In this document: positions 52,794 through 61,322 of the stretch, in pieces
Layout of the letters: the number at the start of each line of letters is the position of its first letter
How positions within the stretch are numbered: the stretch's first letter is position 1
From: an uncultured bacterium
GTDB taxonomy: Bacteria; Armatimonadota; UBA5829
DNA length: 64,000 nt
Assembly: GCA_938074205.1 (NCBI GenBank)
Contig: CALJES010000012.1
Span: forward strand, 278,840-342,839
Direction of reading: 5' to 3'
Translations under genes and position numbers: made by a program
The notes under the pieces: generated by a model
What the model was told of the DNA's origin: nothing
The model's input: the letters and a program-made list of their open reading frames with translations, nothing else
Databases searched by the model: none

Positions 52794-53208
52794 ATATGTA
52801 CCACCTACATGCAAAAACAGAAGGACGGACCCACTTCCGCCCTCCTGGACGTTACGTTCCCTCGGCAACAGCTAGTATAACATTGGCCAACTTATGCGTC
52901 AACTTACCTACGGGCTAGTCAGGACGGGTTATTATATTGCGGGTTTGGAGTGTAACAATCTTCGAGATAGCACATCGCAAGCTACCTAAGCTTCCATTGA
53001 GTCTGAGGATCTCAATTATAGCGAAGACGACAAGTTCATGGATTACACCGTTTAGATGTATGATGATCGCTTGGAGCTTTTGTCTTGATTCCCTGAGTGC
53101 AGGTCAATACTTGTAAGACGGCCGGGTCTGTTGTGCTGGGCTGCAGTTCTTCAGATCTTAATCCCCTATCGGGAATTTGGTGTTTTCAGACCGTCTGCAC
53201 ACCGTCAG

Positions 53209-53254
53209 TTGACTCTAGGGGCTTTCAAGGATACACTGCAAAAAATGGTATAAC
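53209..53254 (+). promoter_or_regulatory. Two overlapping candidate promoters for the C1 peptidase gene: TTGACT-N17-TACACT and an extended -10 TGgTATAAC.
   Basis: I read ttgact at 53209-53214, tacact at 53232-53237, and tggtataac at 53246-53254. Confidence 0.35.
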
Positions 53255-53278
53255 TTCGTCGAAGGGAAGTTTTCCAGG

Positions 53279-56200
53279 ATGTATTCCTTTTGTTTGTCAC
53301 ATGCTAGGCTGCTGGGATGGCTCGCAATTTCAGCCCTGGGGAGTGTGTCTTGGGCTGCACAACCCAGTCTAGCTCCCCACAACCCAGCTTTTGAGAAATT
53401 CCTTACATCTTCAGAATTAGCTGCTCTCGGTTCTTCGGATGAACAGCACAGCTTAGGGTTGGTACCTCCACCTTTAGACCTGTATCACAATAAGGGCAAG
53501 CGTATAATGGTCGGCGGTGCAGTGCTCTGGAGTTTCCCACCTTCGTTTGATCTGCGTACCGTTTCTCCCGCTAAGCTAACCCCGGTTAGATCTCAGGGCA
53601 ACTGCGGAAGCTGTTGGGCGTTTGCCTCCTATGGTTCGCTGGAATCGTGTTTGCTACCGGCTGAGTTGTTCGATTTTTCAGAGAACCATATGAAAAACAC
53701 ACATGGTTTTGACCCATCCTGCTGCGATGGCGGCAACCACTGGATGGCGACAGCGTATCTTGCTCGCTGGTCTGGCCCTGCGCTGGAATCGGATGATCCT
53801 TATAACCCTTCCTCCTGCATATCTGCCTCAAACGTGCCTGTAATAAAACACATACAACGTGTCGATTTCCTGCCAGATCGCGCCGGACCGCTCGACAACG
53901 ATAATATTAAGCAAGCCGTGATGACTTACGGTGCCGTCTACACCTCCTTTTACTGGAACAGCAACTACTACAAAGCTTCCACCTATTCCTATTACTATCA
54001 CAAGACGACTGACTTAGCCAACCACGCCGTGTGCATAGTCGGTTGGGACGACAACTACGACAAAAGCCGTTTCGCAACCACTCCGCCAGGCAATGGAGCC
54101 TTTATTGTTAGGAACAGCTGGGGATCTGGCTTTGGACAGGGAGGCTACTTCTATATTTCTTACTACGACACCTTAATCGGGTGCCAGAACGCGGTTTTCG
54201 CAACCGCGGAAGATGTTACCAACTACGACCAAGTTTACCAGTACGATCCTCTTGGGTGGACCGATAGCTTAGGGTACGGCAACAATACTGCTTGGTTTGC
54301 CAATGTTTTTACGGCTGTCTCGAATGCTGATCTTCGAGCGGTTAGTTTTTACACGGCGTCGCCTAATTCGACATACGAGCTGCGAGTCTACTTAGACCCG
54401 AACGCCGGACCAATTCGAACGACCGGTCCAGTGCTTACTCAAACCGGCACCATTGCGAATGCGGGTTACCAGACGGTCGTACTGAACTCGAGTGTCGGAA
54501 TAGTAGGTGGACAGAAGTTCTCTGTGGTAGTTAAGCTGACGACCCCCGGCTATAACTACCCGGTGCCGTTTGAGCAACCGATCAACGGATACTCCAGTGC
54601 GGCAACTGCTAGTCCGGGCCAGAGCTATATAAGTTCCAACGGTGTCTCCTGGACGGACATTACTTCAGTCTACTCTAACTCCAACGTTTGCCTTAAAGCT
54701 TTTGCTACATCACTTGGCGGCATTTCGGTAGAGCCTACTACGGACTTCACAACGTGTGGGCCGATCGGTGGTCCGTTTGCCCCTTCCGAGGTTGTTTATC
54801 GAATTACCAACAACGGTTCCTCGAGTGTTCAGTGGATGGCACAGTCAAGCAGTTCTTGGGTAAACCTATCGATTACTAGCGGAACACTTGGCCCCGGTCA
54901 AAGCTGTGACGTCACAGTTTCCATTGACCCCTCAGCACAGAGTTTGCCTCCCGGACACTATGCCGCTTCGGTTGCCTTTACCAATCTAACAAACGGAAAC
55001 GGCAACACAACACGAAGCATCACTATGGACATTTTCACGCCTTACCATATTAAGTCAGCGCGTTTTGCTTGGATGGATCCTTCTACTCACATTGAACTGG
55101 CGCTTTCGGACGACGGTGTGAGTCAGGCAATTCCAATTCCTTTCGACTTCAGTTTGTATGAGAGGCCTTTCCAAGAACTCTATGTTGGCGCAAACGGACT
55201 GCTGGGATTCTTGAACGTGGGTCTCAATTCATATGCGAATACCGATATTCCGAGCACTGGCTTCCCTAACGCTGCTTTGTACCCTTACTGGGACGATCTT
55301 AATCCTGCTGCAGCTGGGAGTGTGCGTGTAGGAGTTGAGGGCGCTCCTCCAAACCGAAAGCTTGTGGTCAGCTGGGTAGGAGTTCCACATTTCTACTCGC
55401 GCCAGAGTACTCTGCACTTCCAGGTAGTGCTTTTCGAAGGGACTCGGGACATCTTGTTCCAGTATCTTGATGTCAAACCTGCCGACCAGACCTACGGTGC
55501 CGGCCGCAGTGCCACGGTCGGTATCGAAGGCATATGCGGCACTTTCGCAGCGAAGTATTCTTACAACGGAAGCTCGCTGCTTGGCAACCGCCAAGCCATA
55601 CTCTTCTCGTCGCGTGGTCCTGAGATCTCCGAAATCAAGCGTCTTCCGGACGGGGCCAGTGTGGTTGTCAGAAGGGCTGTGGTTACGAGGGTGTTCGACA
55701 ACATATTCTACATCGAATCCGATGACAGGACATCAGGGATTCGAGTGGCAACAAGTGGTCATTCGTTGACATCAGGAATGAGGGCGGATGTAATTGGTGT
55801 GCTCGCGACGAACGCAGACGGCGAGCGGTATGTTATGGCATCGTGGGTAAACGAATCGGGTGAAGGGTCTGTTCAGCCGGTCGGTGTGAGCGGCATATCG
55901 GTAGGAGGCGGCGACTACGAGTACAACCCCGTCACAGGCGCTGGCCAGCGGGGAGTTACAGCATGGCGTAGAGTGCGAGATGAAGGGGGCGACTGGCGTT
56001 GGGAGCCTTATCAGGTTCAGGGGCTTAACAACATAGGCTTACTGGTTCGGACGTGGGGGCGTGTAACTTGGTCCGGCGACGACGAGTTTTATATAGACGA
56101 TGGAAGCGGTCTCAGGGACGCCAGTGGGCACTCTGGTCTGCGAGTGTACGCACCAAATGCAGATCTTCCTTCAGTAGGTGATTTCGTTAAGGTGACCGGG

Positions 56201-56284
56201 ATCGTGTCCTGCTGGGAAGCAAGTGGCGTGTTGTGCAGGATGCTACTTGTGGCCGATCAGTCGGACATTATTGTCGTTTATTGA
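53279..56284 (+). CDS. Secreted papain-family (C1A) cysteine peptidase with a roughly 600-aa C-terminal beta-rich extension.
   Basis: The signal peptide ends 'VSWA|AQ'. The catalytic Cys is in 'QGNCGSCWAFAS' and the catalytic His in 'NHAVCIVGWDDN'. The long Thr/Ser/Gly-rich C-terminal domains are predicted beta-sandwich. Confidence 0.75.
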   Translation: MYSFCLSHARLLGWLAISALGSVSWAAQPSLAPHNPAFEKFLTSSELAALGSSDEQHSLGLVPPPLDLYHNKGKRIMVGGAVLWSFPPSFDLRTVSPAKLTPVRSQGNCGSCWAFASYGSLESCLLPAELFDFSENHMKNTHGFDPSCCDGGNHWMATAYLARWSGPALESDDPYNPSSCISASNVPVIKHIQRVDFLPDRAGPLDNDNIKQAVMTYGAVYTSFYWNSNYYKASTYSYYYHKTTDLANHAVCIVGWDDNYDKSRFATTPPGNGAFIVRNSWGSGFGQGGYFYISYYDTLIGCQNAVFATAEDVTNYDQVYQYDPLGWTDSLGYGNNTAWFANVFTAVSNADLRAVSFYTASPNSTYELRVYLDPNAGPIRTTGPVLTQTGTIANAGYQTVVLNSSVGIVGGQKFSVVVKLTTPGYNYPVPFEQPINGYSSAATASPGQSYISSNGVSWTDITSVYSNSNVCLKAFATSLGGISVEPTTDFTTCGPIGGPFAPSEVVYRITNNGSSSVQWMAQSSSSWVNLSITSGTLGPGQSCDVTVSIDPSAQSLPPGHYAASVAFTNLTNGNGNTTRSITMDIFTPYHIKSARFAWMDPSTHIELALSDDGVSQAIPIPFDFSLYERPFQELYVGANGLLGFLNVGLNSYANTDIPSTGFPNAALYPYWDDLNPAAAGSVRVGVEGAPPNRKLVVSWVGVPHFYSRQSTLHFQVVLFEGTRDILFQYLDVKPADQTYGAGRSATVGIEGICGTFAAKYSYNGSSLLGNRQAILFSSRGPEISEIKRLPDGASVVVRRAVVTRVFDNIFYIESDDRTSGIRVATSGHSLTSGMRADVIGVLATNADGERYVMASWVNESGEGSVQPVGVSGISVGGGDYEYNPVTGAGQRGVTAWRRVRDEGGDWRWEPYQVQGLNNIGLLVRTWGRVTWSGDDEFYIDDGSGLRDASGHSGLRVYAPNADLPSVGDFVKVTGIVSCWEASGVLCRMLLVADQSDIIVVY

Positions 56285-56309
56285 TACCGTTTGGGCAGGA
56301 CTCGTTATT

Positions 56310-57050
56310 TTATTCTTCCTCCCGGCGTGCGGCTTCGAGTGCTTCGGGCAGTGTAAGCGTACCCGAATACAAAGCGGTGACAACTACAACCGCTTCTACC
56401 CCGAACTCTTCCAGTTTTTTCAGGGATTTGATGTCTTGCACGTTGCGAACGCCCCCGGATGCGATAATCGGAACGGTAACTGCTTCTGCTATTCGCTTGA
56501 CGGATGACACGTTGACTCCGCCACGCAGACCCTTCCGGGAGACGTCGGTGAAAACTAGGCGCTTAGCACCTAGCGCAACCATGCGCTTTGCGAAATCTTC
56601 GGCCCGCTCATCAGTTCTCGCTTGCCAATCCCGCACGGCCACGTAGCCATTCAAGCTGGCTACACTTACTATGGTTAGATCTCCGACCGCGTCCAGTATC
56701 TCTCGAGCTAGTTCTTCCTCAAGCGCCGCGGTGGTGCCGATAACTATGCGGTCCGCGCCGGCGGCAAGCACTTGCTCTGCTTGTTTAATGGTTCGGATAC
56801 CGCCTCCGAAATCCAACCGAAGCCCTTCAGGTATTGCATCTAGAATGGCGGGTACTGCATCCAGGTTCTGAGGGTTGCCCATTCGAGCGCCATCAAGATC
56901 TGCCAAATAGATCCTGGTAGCTCCCTGATCTACCCACATTTTTGCCACTTCTACCGGGTTGTGCGAAAATGTCCCAGTACGAGCAAATGACATGTGTACT
57001 GGACAGACGGATTTTCCGTCCATCAAATCTATGCCAGGGATTACTTCCAT
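56310..57050 (-). CDS. HisA/HisF-family (beta/alpha)8 barrel protein. It is a second, divergent HisA-like paralog and could act as the cyclase.
   Basis: Motifs 'VIPGIDLMDGKSV...', 'GGGIRTIKQAEQVLAAGADRIVIGTTA' and 'VIASGGVRNVQDIKSL' are present. Confidence 0.6.
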   Translation of the reverse strand: MEVIPGIDLMDGKSVCPVHMSFARTGTFSHNPVEVAKMWVDQGATRIYLADLDGARMGNPQNLDAVPAILDAIPEGLRLDFGGGIRTIKQAEQVLAAGADRIVIGTTAALEEELAREILDAVGDLTIVSVASLNGYVAVRDWQARTDERAEDFAKRMVALGAKRLVFTDVSRKGLRGGVNVSSVKRIAEAVTVPIIASGGVRNVQDIKSLKKLEEFGVEAVVVVTALYSGTLTLPEALEAARREEE

Positions 57051-57056
57051 GGTCGG

Positions 57057-57785
57057 CTAACTCGCTGCAGCAAGAGCATCGGAAAACTTTAATTCTCCGG
57101 AGTATAGGGCTCTGCCGAGAATTGCGCCTTCGACTCCGAGCTGTTCCAGTTCCTTCAGCGCTTTTATGTCTTTTATTGTGCTTATGCCGCCAGAAGCTAT
57201 AACTGGTATTGACAACGCCTCAGCCATTAGCCGTATGCTCTCGATGTTAGCTCCCGCAAGCGTGCCGTCGCGGGCGATGTCCGTATAGATCACTCTGGAT
57301 GCCCCCAGTGTTTCCATGCGATGCGCAAACTCTATTGCATCTTCGACTGTTGTCTCAATCCAACCCTTGACAGCCACTTTGCCATCTCGGGCGTCTATCG
57401 CGAGAGCTATCTTGCTGCCCAGAGCTTGAAAAAGTTCGCGCGCAAGACCTTCGTCAAGAACAGCCGACGTTCCCACGATTACGCGCTCGACTCCCATATC
57501 AAGCATTCTGAGGGCAGTCTCGAGGTTTCTTATGCCGCCACCTACTTGCACCGGCACGCTGGTTGCGGCTAGGATGCGCTGCAGAGAGCGAATCTCTTGC
57601 GGTTCGCCGACGGCAGAACCCTTGAGGTCGACCACGTGAATCCTCGTCGCTCCTTGGTCGGCCCACATCTTAGCTGCATCTGCGGGGTTGTCAAAGTAGA
57701 CCGTTACTTGGTCAAATCTGCCCTGATGGAGGCGAACACATTTGCCGTCCAGGATGTCGATAGCAGGTATTATCTCCACATCCAC
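57057..57785 (-). CDS. hisA: ProFAR isomerase (HisA).
   Basis: Motifs 'IIPAIDILDGKCVRLHQG', 'VQVGGGIRN' and 'IYTDIARDGTLAG' are present. Confidence 0.8.
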   Translation of the reverse strand: MDVEIIPAIDILDGKCVRLHQGRFDQVTVYFDNPADAAKMWADQGATRIHVVDLKGSAVGEPQEIRSLQRILAATSVPVQVGGGIRNLETALRMLDMGVERVIVGTSAVLDEGLARELFQALGSKIALAIDARDGKVAVKGWIETTVEDAIEFAHRMETLGASRVIYTDIARDGTLAGANIESIRLMAEALSIPVIASGGISTIKDIKALKELEQLGVEGAILGRALYSGELKFSDALAAAS

Positions 57786-58004
57786 TAGTATAGCAAAGCT
57801 GACTGCTGCTGTGCCAGTGGATGGTCTTTACAAGTGTTCAACAATCGTATACAATTCTCGACGGTTGATTCAATAATCTCGCTGCGGCGAAGAGCGCAGA
57901 GATCCTATCAAGGTCAAAGGCTTACAAATGCCGTGGCAGGGATAGTTCGGTGTCGGAGGGATCGGCGGATAACGCGGCGCTATCTGATTCATTGTAGTTG
58001 ATGT

Positions 58005-58526
58005 TTGCTAAGAACGCGTTGTCGGAACGGGCGTGTTATGCCTATACGAGAAGAAAGGATTGACTACTACGAAGCCAAACGGTGGTTTTGGTTGCGCACT
58101 TGGTTATGGTTCTTATTAGGCAGCGTGGTCTCTACCGTGGTGTGCTTCTTTTTCAGTGGACGATTGATAGAAGACTCTGGTGCTAGGTTTTGGTTGTCGG
58201 TTTCGCTTGGATTGGGTTTGGAGCTGCTGGGCTTGTTGGCTGCTTACGTTTCGCTCCAGTTTCCGTGGATGCGTTCCGGTTGGCGTTCCAGCTTTTTGCT
58301 TAATGGTCCTGTTTGCGCGGCGATATCCGCTGTCTGCGCGTTTATGTGCGCGGGAGTGGTTTTCGCTTATTTGCAGAGCGATGCGGCACATCTGCCATCG
58401 GCGGAATTGATACAGCTTGCGCAAACAGTGATGGTATTTGGCATTGTCGTGGGCGCTCTGTGGGGATTCGTGCTCGGAAGTTGGTTTGCCCTAAGGCGCG
58501 ACAAGTACTTCTTGGAGCCAATCTAG
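58005..58526 (+). CDS. Hypothetical 4-TM membrane protein.
   Basis: The call rests on ORF length and hydrophobic helices only. Confidence 0.3.
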   Translation: MLRTRCRNGRVMPIREERIDYYEAKRWFWLRTWLWFLLGSVVSTVVCFFFSGRLIEDSGARFWLSVSLGLGLELLGLLAAYVSLQFPWMRSGWRSSFLLNGPVCAAISAVCAFMCAGVVFAYLQSDAAHLPSAELIQLAQTVMVFGIVVGALWGFVLGSWFALRRDKYFLEPI

Positions 58527-58557
58527 GCCTCCCCTACGTTCGCGGCACGTTACTAGT

Positions 58558-61257
58558 GTGCCGGAATCTTCATCGTCATACGCAAAACCTTGGGAGTTTT
58601 TGGGGAAAGTTATGCGCGATCCAAAATCGTTGCCTACCGTATATGATCCAAGCAATGTGGAGCAGAAGTGGTATGCCTTCTGGCTCGAAAAACGCTATTT
58701 TCACGCAGAGGTTGACCCCTCACGGCCTCGGTATTGCATAACCATTCCGCCGCCCAATGTAACCGGATCACTCCATATCGGTCATGCACTCTGCTACACT
58801 ATTCAAGACGTATTAACTCGTTGGAAGAGAATGCAGGGTTACAATACTTTGTGTCTGCCAGGCACCGACCACGCCGGTATAGCTACACAAAACAAGGTGG
58901 AGCAGCAGCTTGCTGAGGAAGGTCTGACTAGGCACGACCTCGGAAGAGAAGAGTTTCTGAAGCGAGTTTGGGCTTGGAAGGAGAAATACGGCAGCGAAAT
59001 TCTTAACCAATTCAAACGAATGGGCTTTTCGTTCGACTGGGAACGCGAGCGGTTTACAATGGACGATGATTACGTGGACGCGGTCTTGGAAGCGTTTGTG
59101 CGCCTTTTCAACAAGGGTTACATATATCGAGGCGTACGCGTTATCAACTGGTGTCCGCGGTGTCATACTGCCATCTCCGACATAGAAGTCGAGTATATCG
59201 AGCAACCGAGCTACCTTTGGTATATCCGGTATCCTTACGAGGACAGCTCGGGCTACATAACCGTCGCAACCACTCGTCCCGAGACAATGCTGGGCGATAC
59301 GGCTGTAGCTGTCAATCCGAGTGATCCGCGCTACAAAGAGATAGTGGGCAAGACGGTTCGCCTTCCTCTGGTTAATCGTCTGATACCTGTCGTCGCTGAC
59401 GAGTTTGTGGACCCCGAGTTTGGAACCGGTGCGGTAAAGGTTACACCGGCTCACGACCCCAACGACTTCGAAATAGGACTTCGCCACAACCTGCCGCAAG
59501 TTATCGTGATAGGTCCTGAAGGGATGATGACAGAGGAGGCCGGTGAGCGATACAAGGATCTGGATCGCTTTGTTGCACGCGCAAGAGTAGTGAAAGATCT
59601 TGAGGCTCAAGGACTGGTTGAAAAGATTGAAGATTATGTGCACTCTGTGGGCAAGTGTGCACGGTGTGACACGATTATAGAGCCGCTTCTTTCGGAACAG
59701 TGGTTCTGTCGGATGAAAGAGTTGGCGCAGCCGGCAATCGATGTCGTTCGAGAAGGCCAGATCAAGTTCTACCCTGATCGCTACGCCCGTTCTTACATCG
59801 AATGGCTCGAGAATGTGCGCGACTGGTGCATCAGCCGTCAGCTTTGGTGGGGACACCGCATTCCTGTGTGGAAGTGCAACGACTGCGGGGAGTATACTGC
59901 TTCGAAGCAAGCTGTCGATGCCTGCTCGAAGTGCGGCAGTCCGAACGTCGTGCAGGAAGAAGACGTGCTCGATACGTGGTTTTCGTCGGCCCTGTGGCCG
60001 TTTGCGACCCTTGGTTGGCCCAAGCAGACACCAGAACTCGAATACTTCTACCCCACTGATGTACTCGTCACCGCTCGTGACATCATCTACCTGTGGGTAG
60101 CGCGAATGGTTTTTTCCAGCTTGGAGTACCTGGGCAAGATTCCGTTCCGAGATGTTTACATATACGCAACCGTGCTCAACGAAGAGGGCAAGCGGATGTC
60201 TAAGTCGTTGGGTACTGGCGTGGATCCCCTGGAAGCAATAGAGCGATTTGGCGCAGACGCTCTGCGGTTTGCTCTAATTCAACAGACCGGCAAAACTCAG
60301 GATATACGTTTCTCCGACAGACGCGTTGAGCTCGCCAGAAACTTCGCCAACAAGATCTGGAACGCTTCCAGATTCGTGATAATGAACCTTGAGGGCTGGA
60401 AACCGGTTGAACTCGGGGAGGTGCCGGAGAACTCGCTTAGACTCGAGGACCGGTGGATACTGTCGCGGCTCACTAACACTATCCGGACGGTGAACGCGGC
60501 GCTCTCATCTTACGATATGGACCACGCTGCTAGGGCTCTGTATGAGTTTGTGTGGAGTGAGTTCTGTGATTGGTACGTTGAACTTGCCAAACCCAGGCTT
60601 CGAGACGAAGCAGGCGAAAGGCATGTTGTGCAAACAATACTTTACCACGTTCTTGAGACCACTCTTCGACTCCTCCATCCGATTATGCCCTTCATAACAG
60701 AGGAAATATGGCAAGCGTTACCTCACGAAGGCGAGAGCATTATGGTTGCATCCTTTCCTGTACCGGACGATTTGCTAGTGGACGAGCCTGCAGAACGTTT
60801 GATGAACCTCGTGATGGAAGGCGTGCGAGCGCAGCGAGATCTCAAAGCAACCGCCGGCATTCCGGTTCGAAAAACCGTCGAAATAAAATGTCAGCCGGCG
60901 TCACGTGATTTGCTAGCTGACGAGGTAAAAACGCTGCTCGAGCGAGGAGCTGGCGCAGTGATCAAGTATACCGATACGTCCCCAGCCGATTCACAGTCTT
61001 GTCTGGTGCAGACCGTTCCGGACGTCGGCGTTTTCTATCTGCGGGTGCCTGAAGTCGACCGAGAGAAAGAACGCGCGCGCATTTCGGCGGAGTTGGAATC
61101 GGTCAAACGAGACCTAGCTCGTTCCCAGGCAAAGCTTGCCAATGAACAGTTCCTCTCTCGTGCGCCTGCCCAAATTGTAGAGAAGGAACGGCGTATAGCT
61201 GCCGAACTGGCGGAAAAAGCTGCCAAGCTGGAGGAACAGCTTGCGGCACTGGCTTAA
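58558..61257 (+). CDS. valS: Valine--tRNA ligase.
   Basis: The HIGH motif is 'PPPNVTGSLHIGHAL' and the KMSKS motif is 'KMSKSLGT'. A C-terminal coiled coil is present. The biological start may be the internal Met at 58612. Confidence 0.9.
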   Translation: MPESSSSYAKPWEFLGKVMRDPKSLPTVYDPSNVEQKWYAFWLEKRYFHAEVDPSRPRYCITIPPPNVTGSLHIGHALCYTIQDVLTRWKRMQGYNTLCLPGTDHAGIATQNKVEQQLAEEGLTRHDLGREEFLKRVWAWKEKYGSEILNQFKRMGFSFDWERERFTMDDDYVDAVLEAFVRLFNKGYIYRGVRVINWCPRCHTAISDIEVEYIEQPSYLWYIRYPYEDSSGYITVATTRPETMLGDTAVAVNPSDPRYKEIVGKTVRLPLVNRLIPVVADEFVDPEFGTGAVKVTPAHDPNDFEIGLRHNLPQVIVIGPEGMMTEEAGERYKDLDRFVARARVVKDLEAQGLVEKIEDYVHSVGKCARCDTIIEPLLSEQWFCRMKELAQPAIDVVREGQIKFYPDRYARSYIEWLENVRDWCISRQLWWGHRIPVWKCNDCGEYTASKQAVDACSKCGSPNVVQEEDVLDTWFSSALWPFATLGWPKQTPELEYFYPTDVLVTARDIIYLWVARMVFSSLEYLGKIPFRDVYIYATVLNEEGKRMSKSLGTGVDPLEAIERFGADALRFALIQQTGKTQDIRFSDRRVELARNFANKIWNASRFVIMNLEGWKPVELGEVPENSLRLEDRWILSRLTNTIRTVNAALSSYDMDHAARALYEFVWSEFCDWYVELAKPRLRDEAGERHVVQTILYHVLETTLRLLHPIMPFITEEIWQALPHEGESIMVASFPVPDDLLVDEPAERLMNLVMEGVRAQRDLKATAGIPVRKTVEIKCQPASRDLLADEVKTLLERGAGAVIKYTDTSPADSQSCLVQTVPDVGVFYLRVPEVDREKERARISAELESVKRDLARSQAKLANEQFLSRAPAQIVEKERRIAAELAEKAAKLEEQLAALA

Positions 61258-61322
61258 TAAGTTCGCAGTCGGCTAGCTTATTACGAATGCCGAACAGCAA
61301 ATCTTTGGGAGAGTTACTTCTC

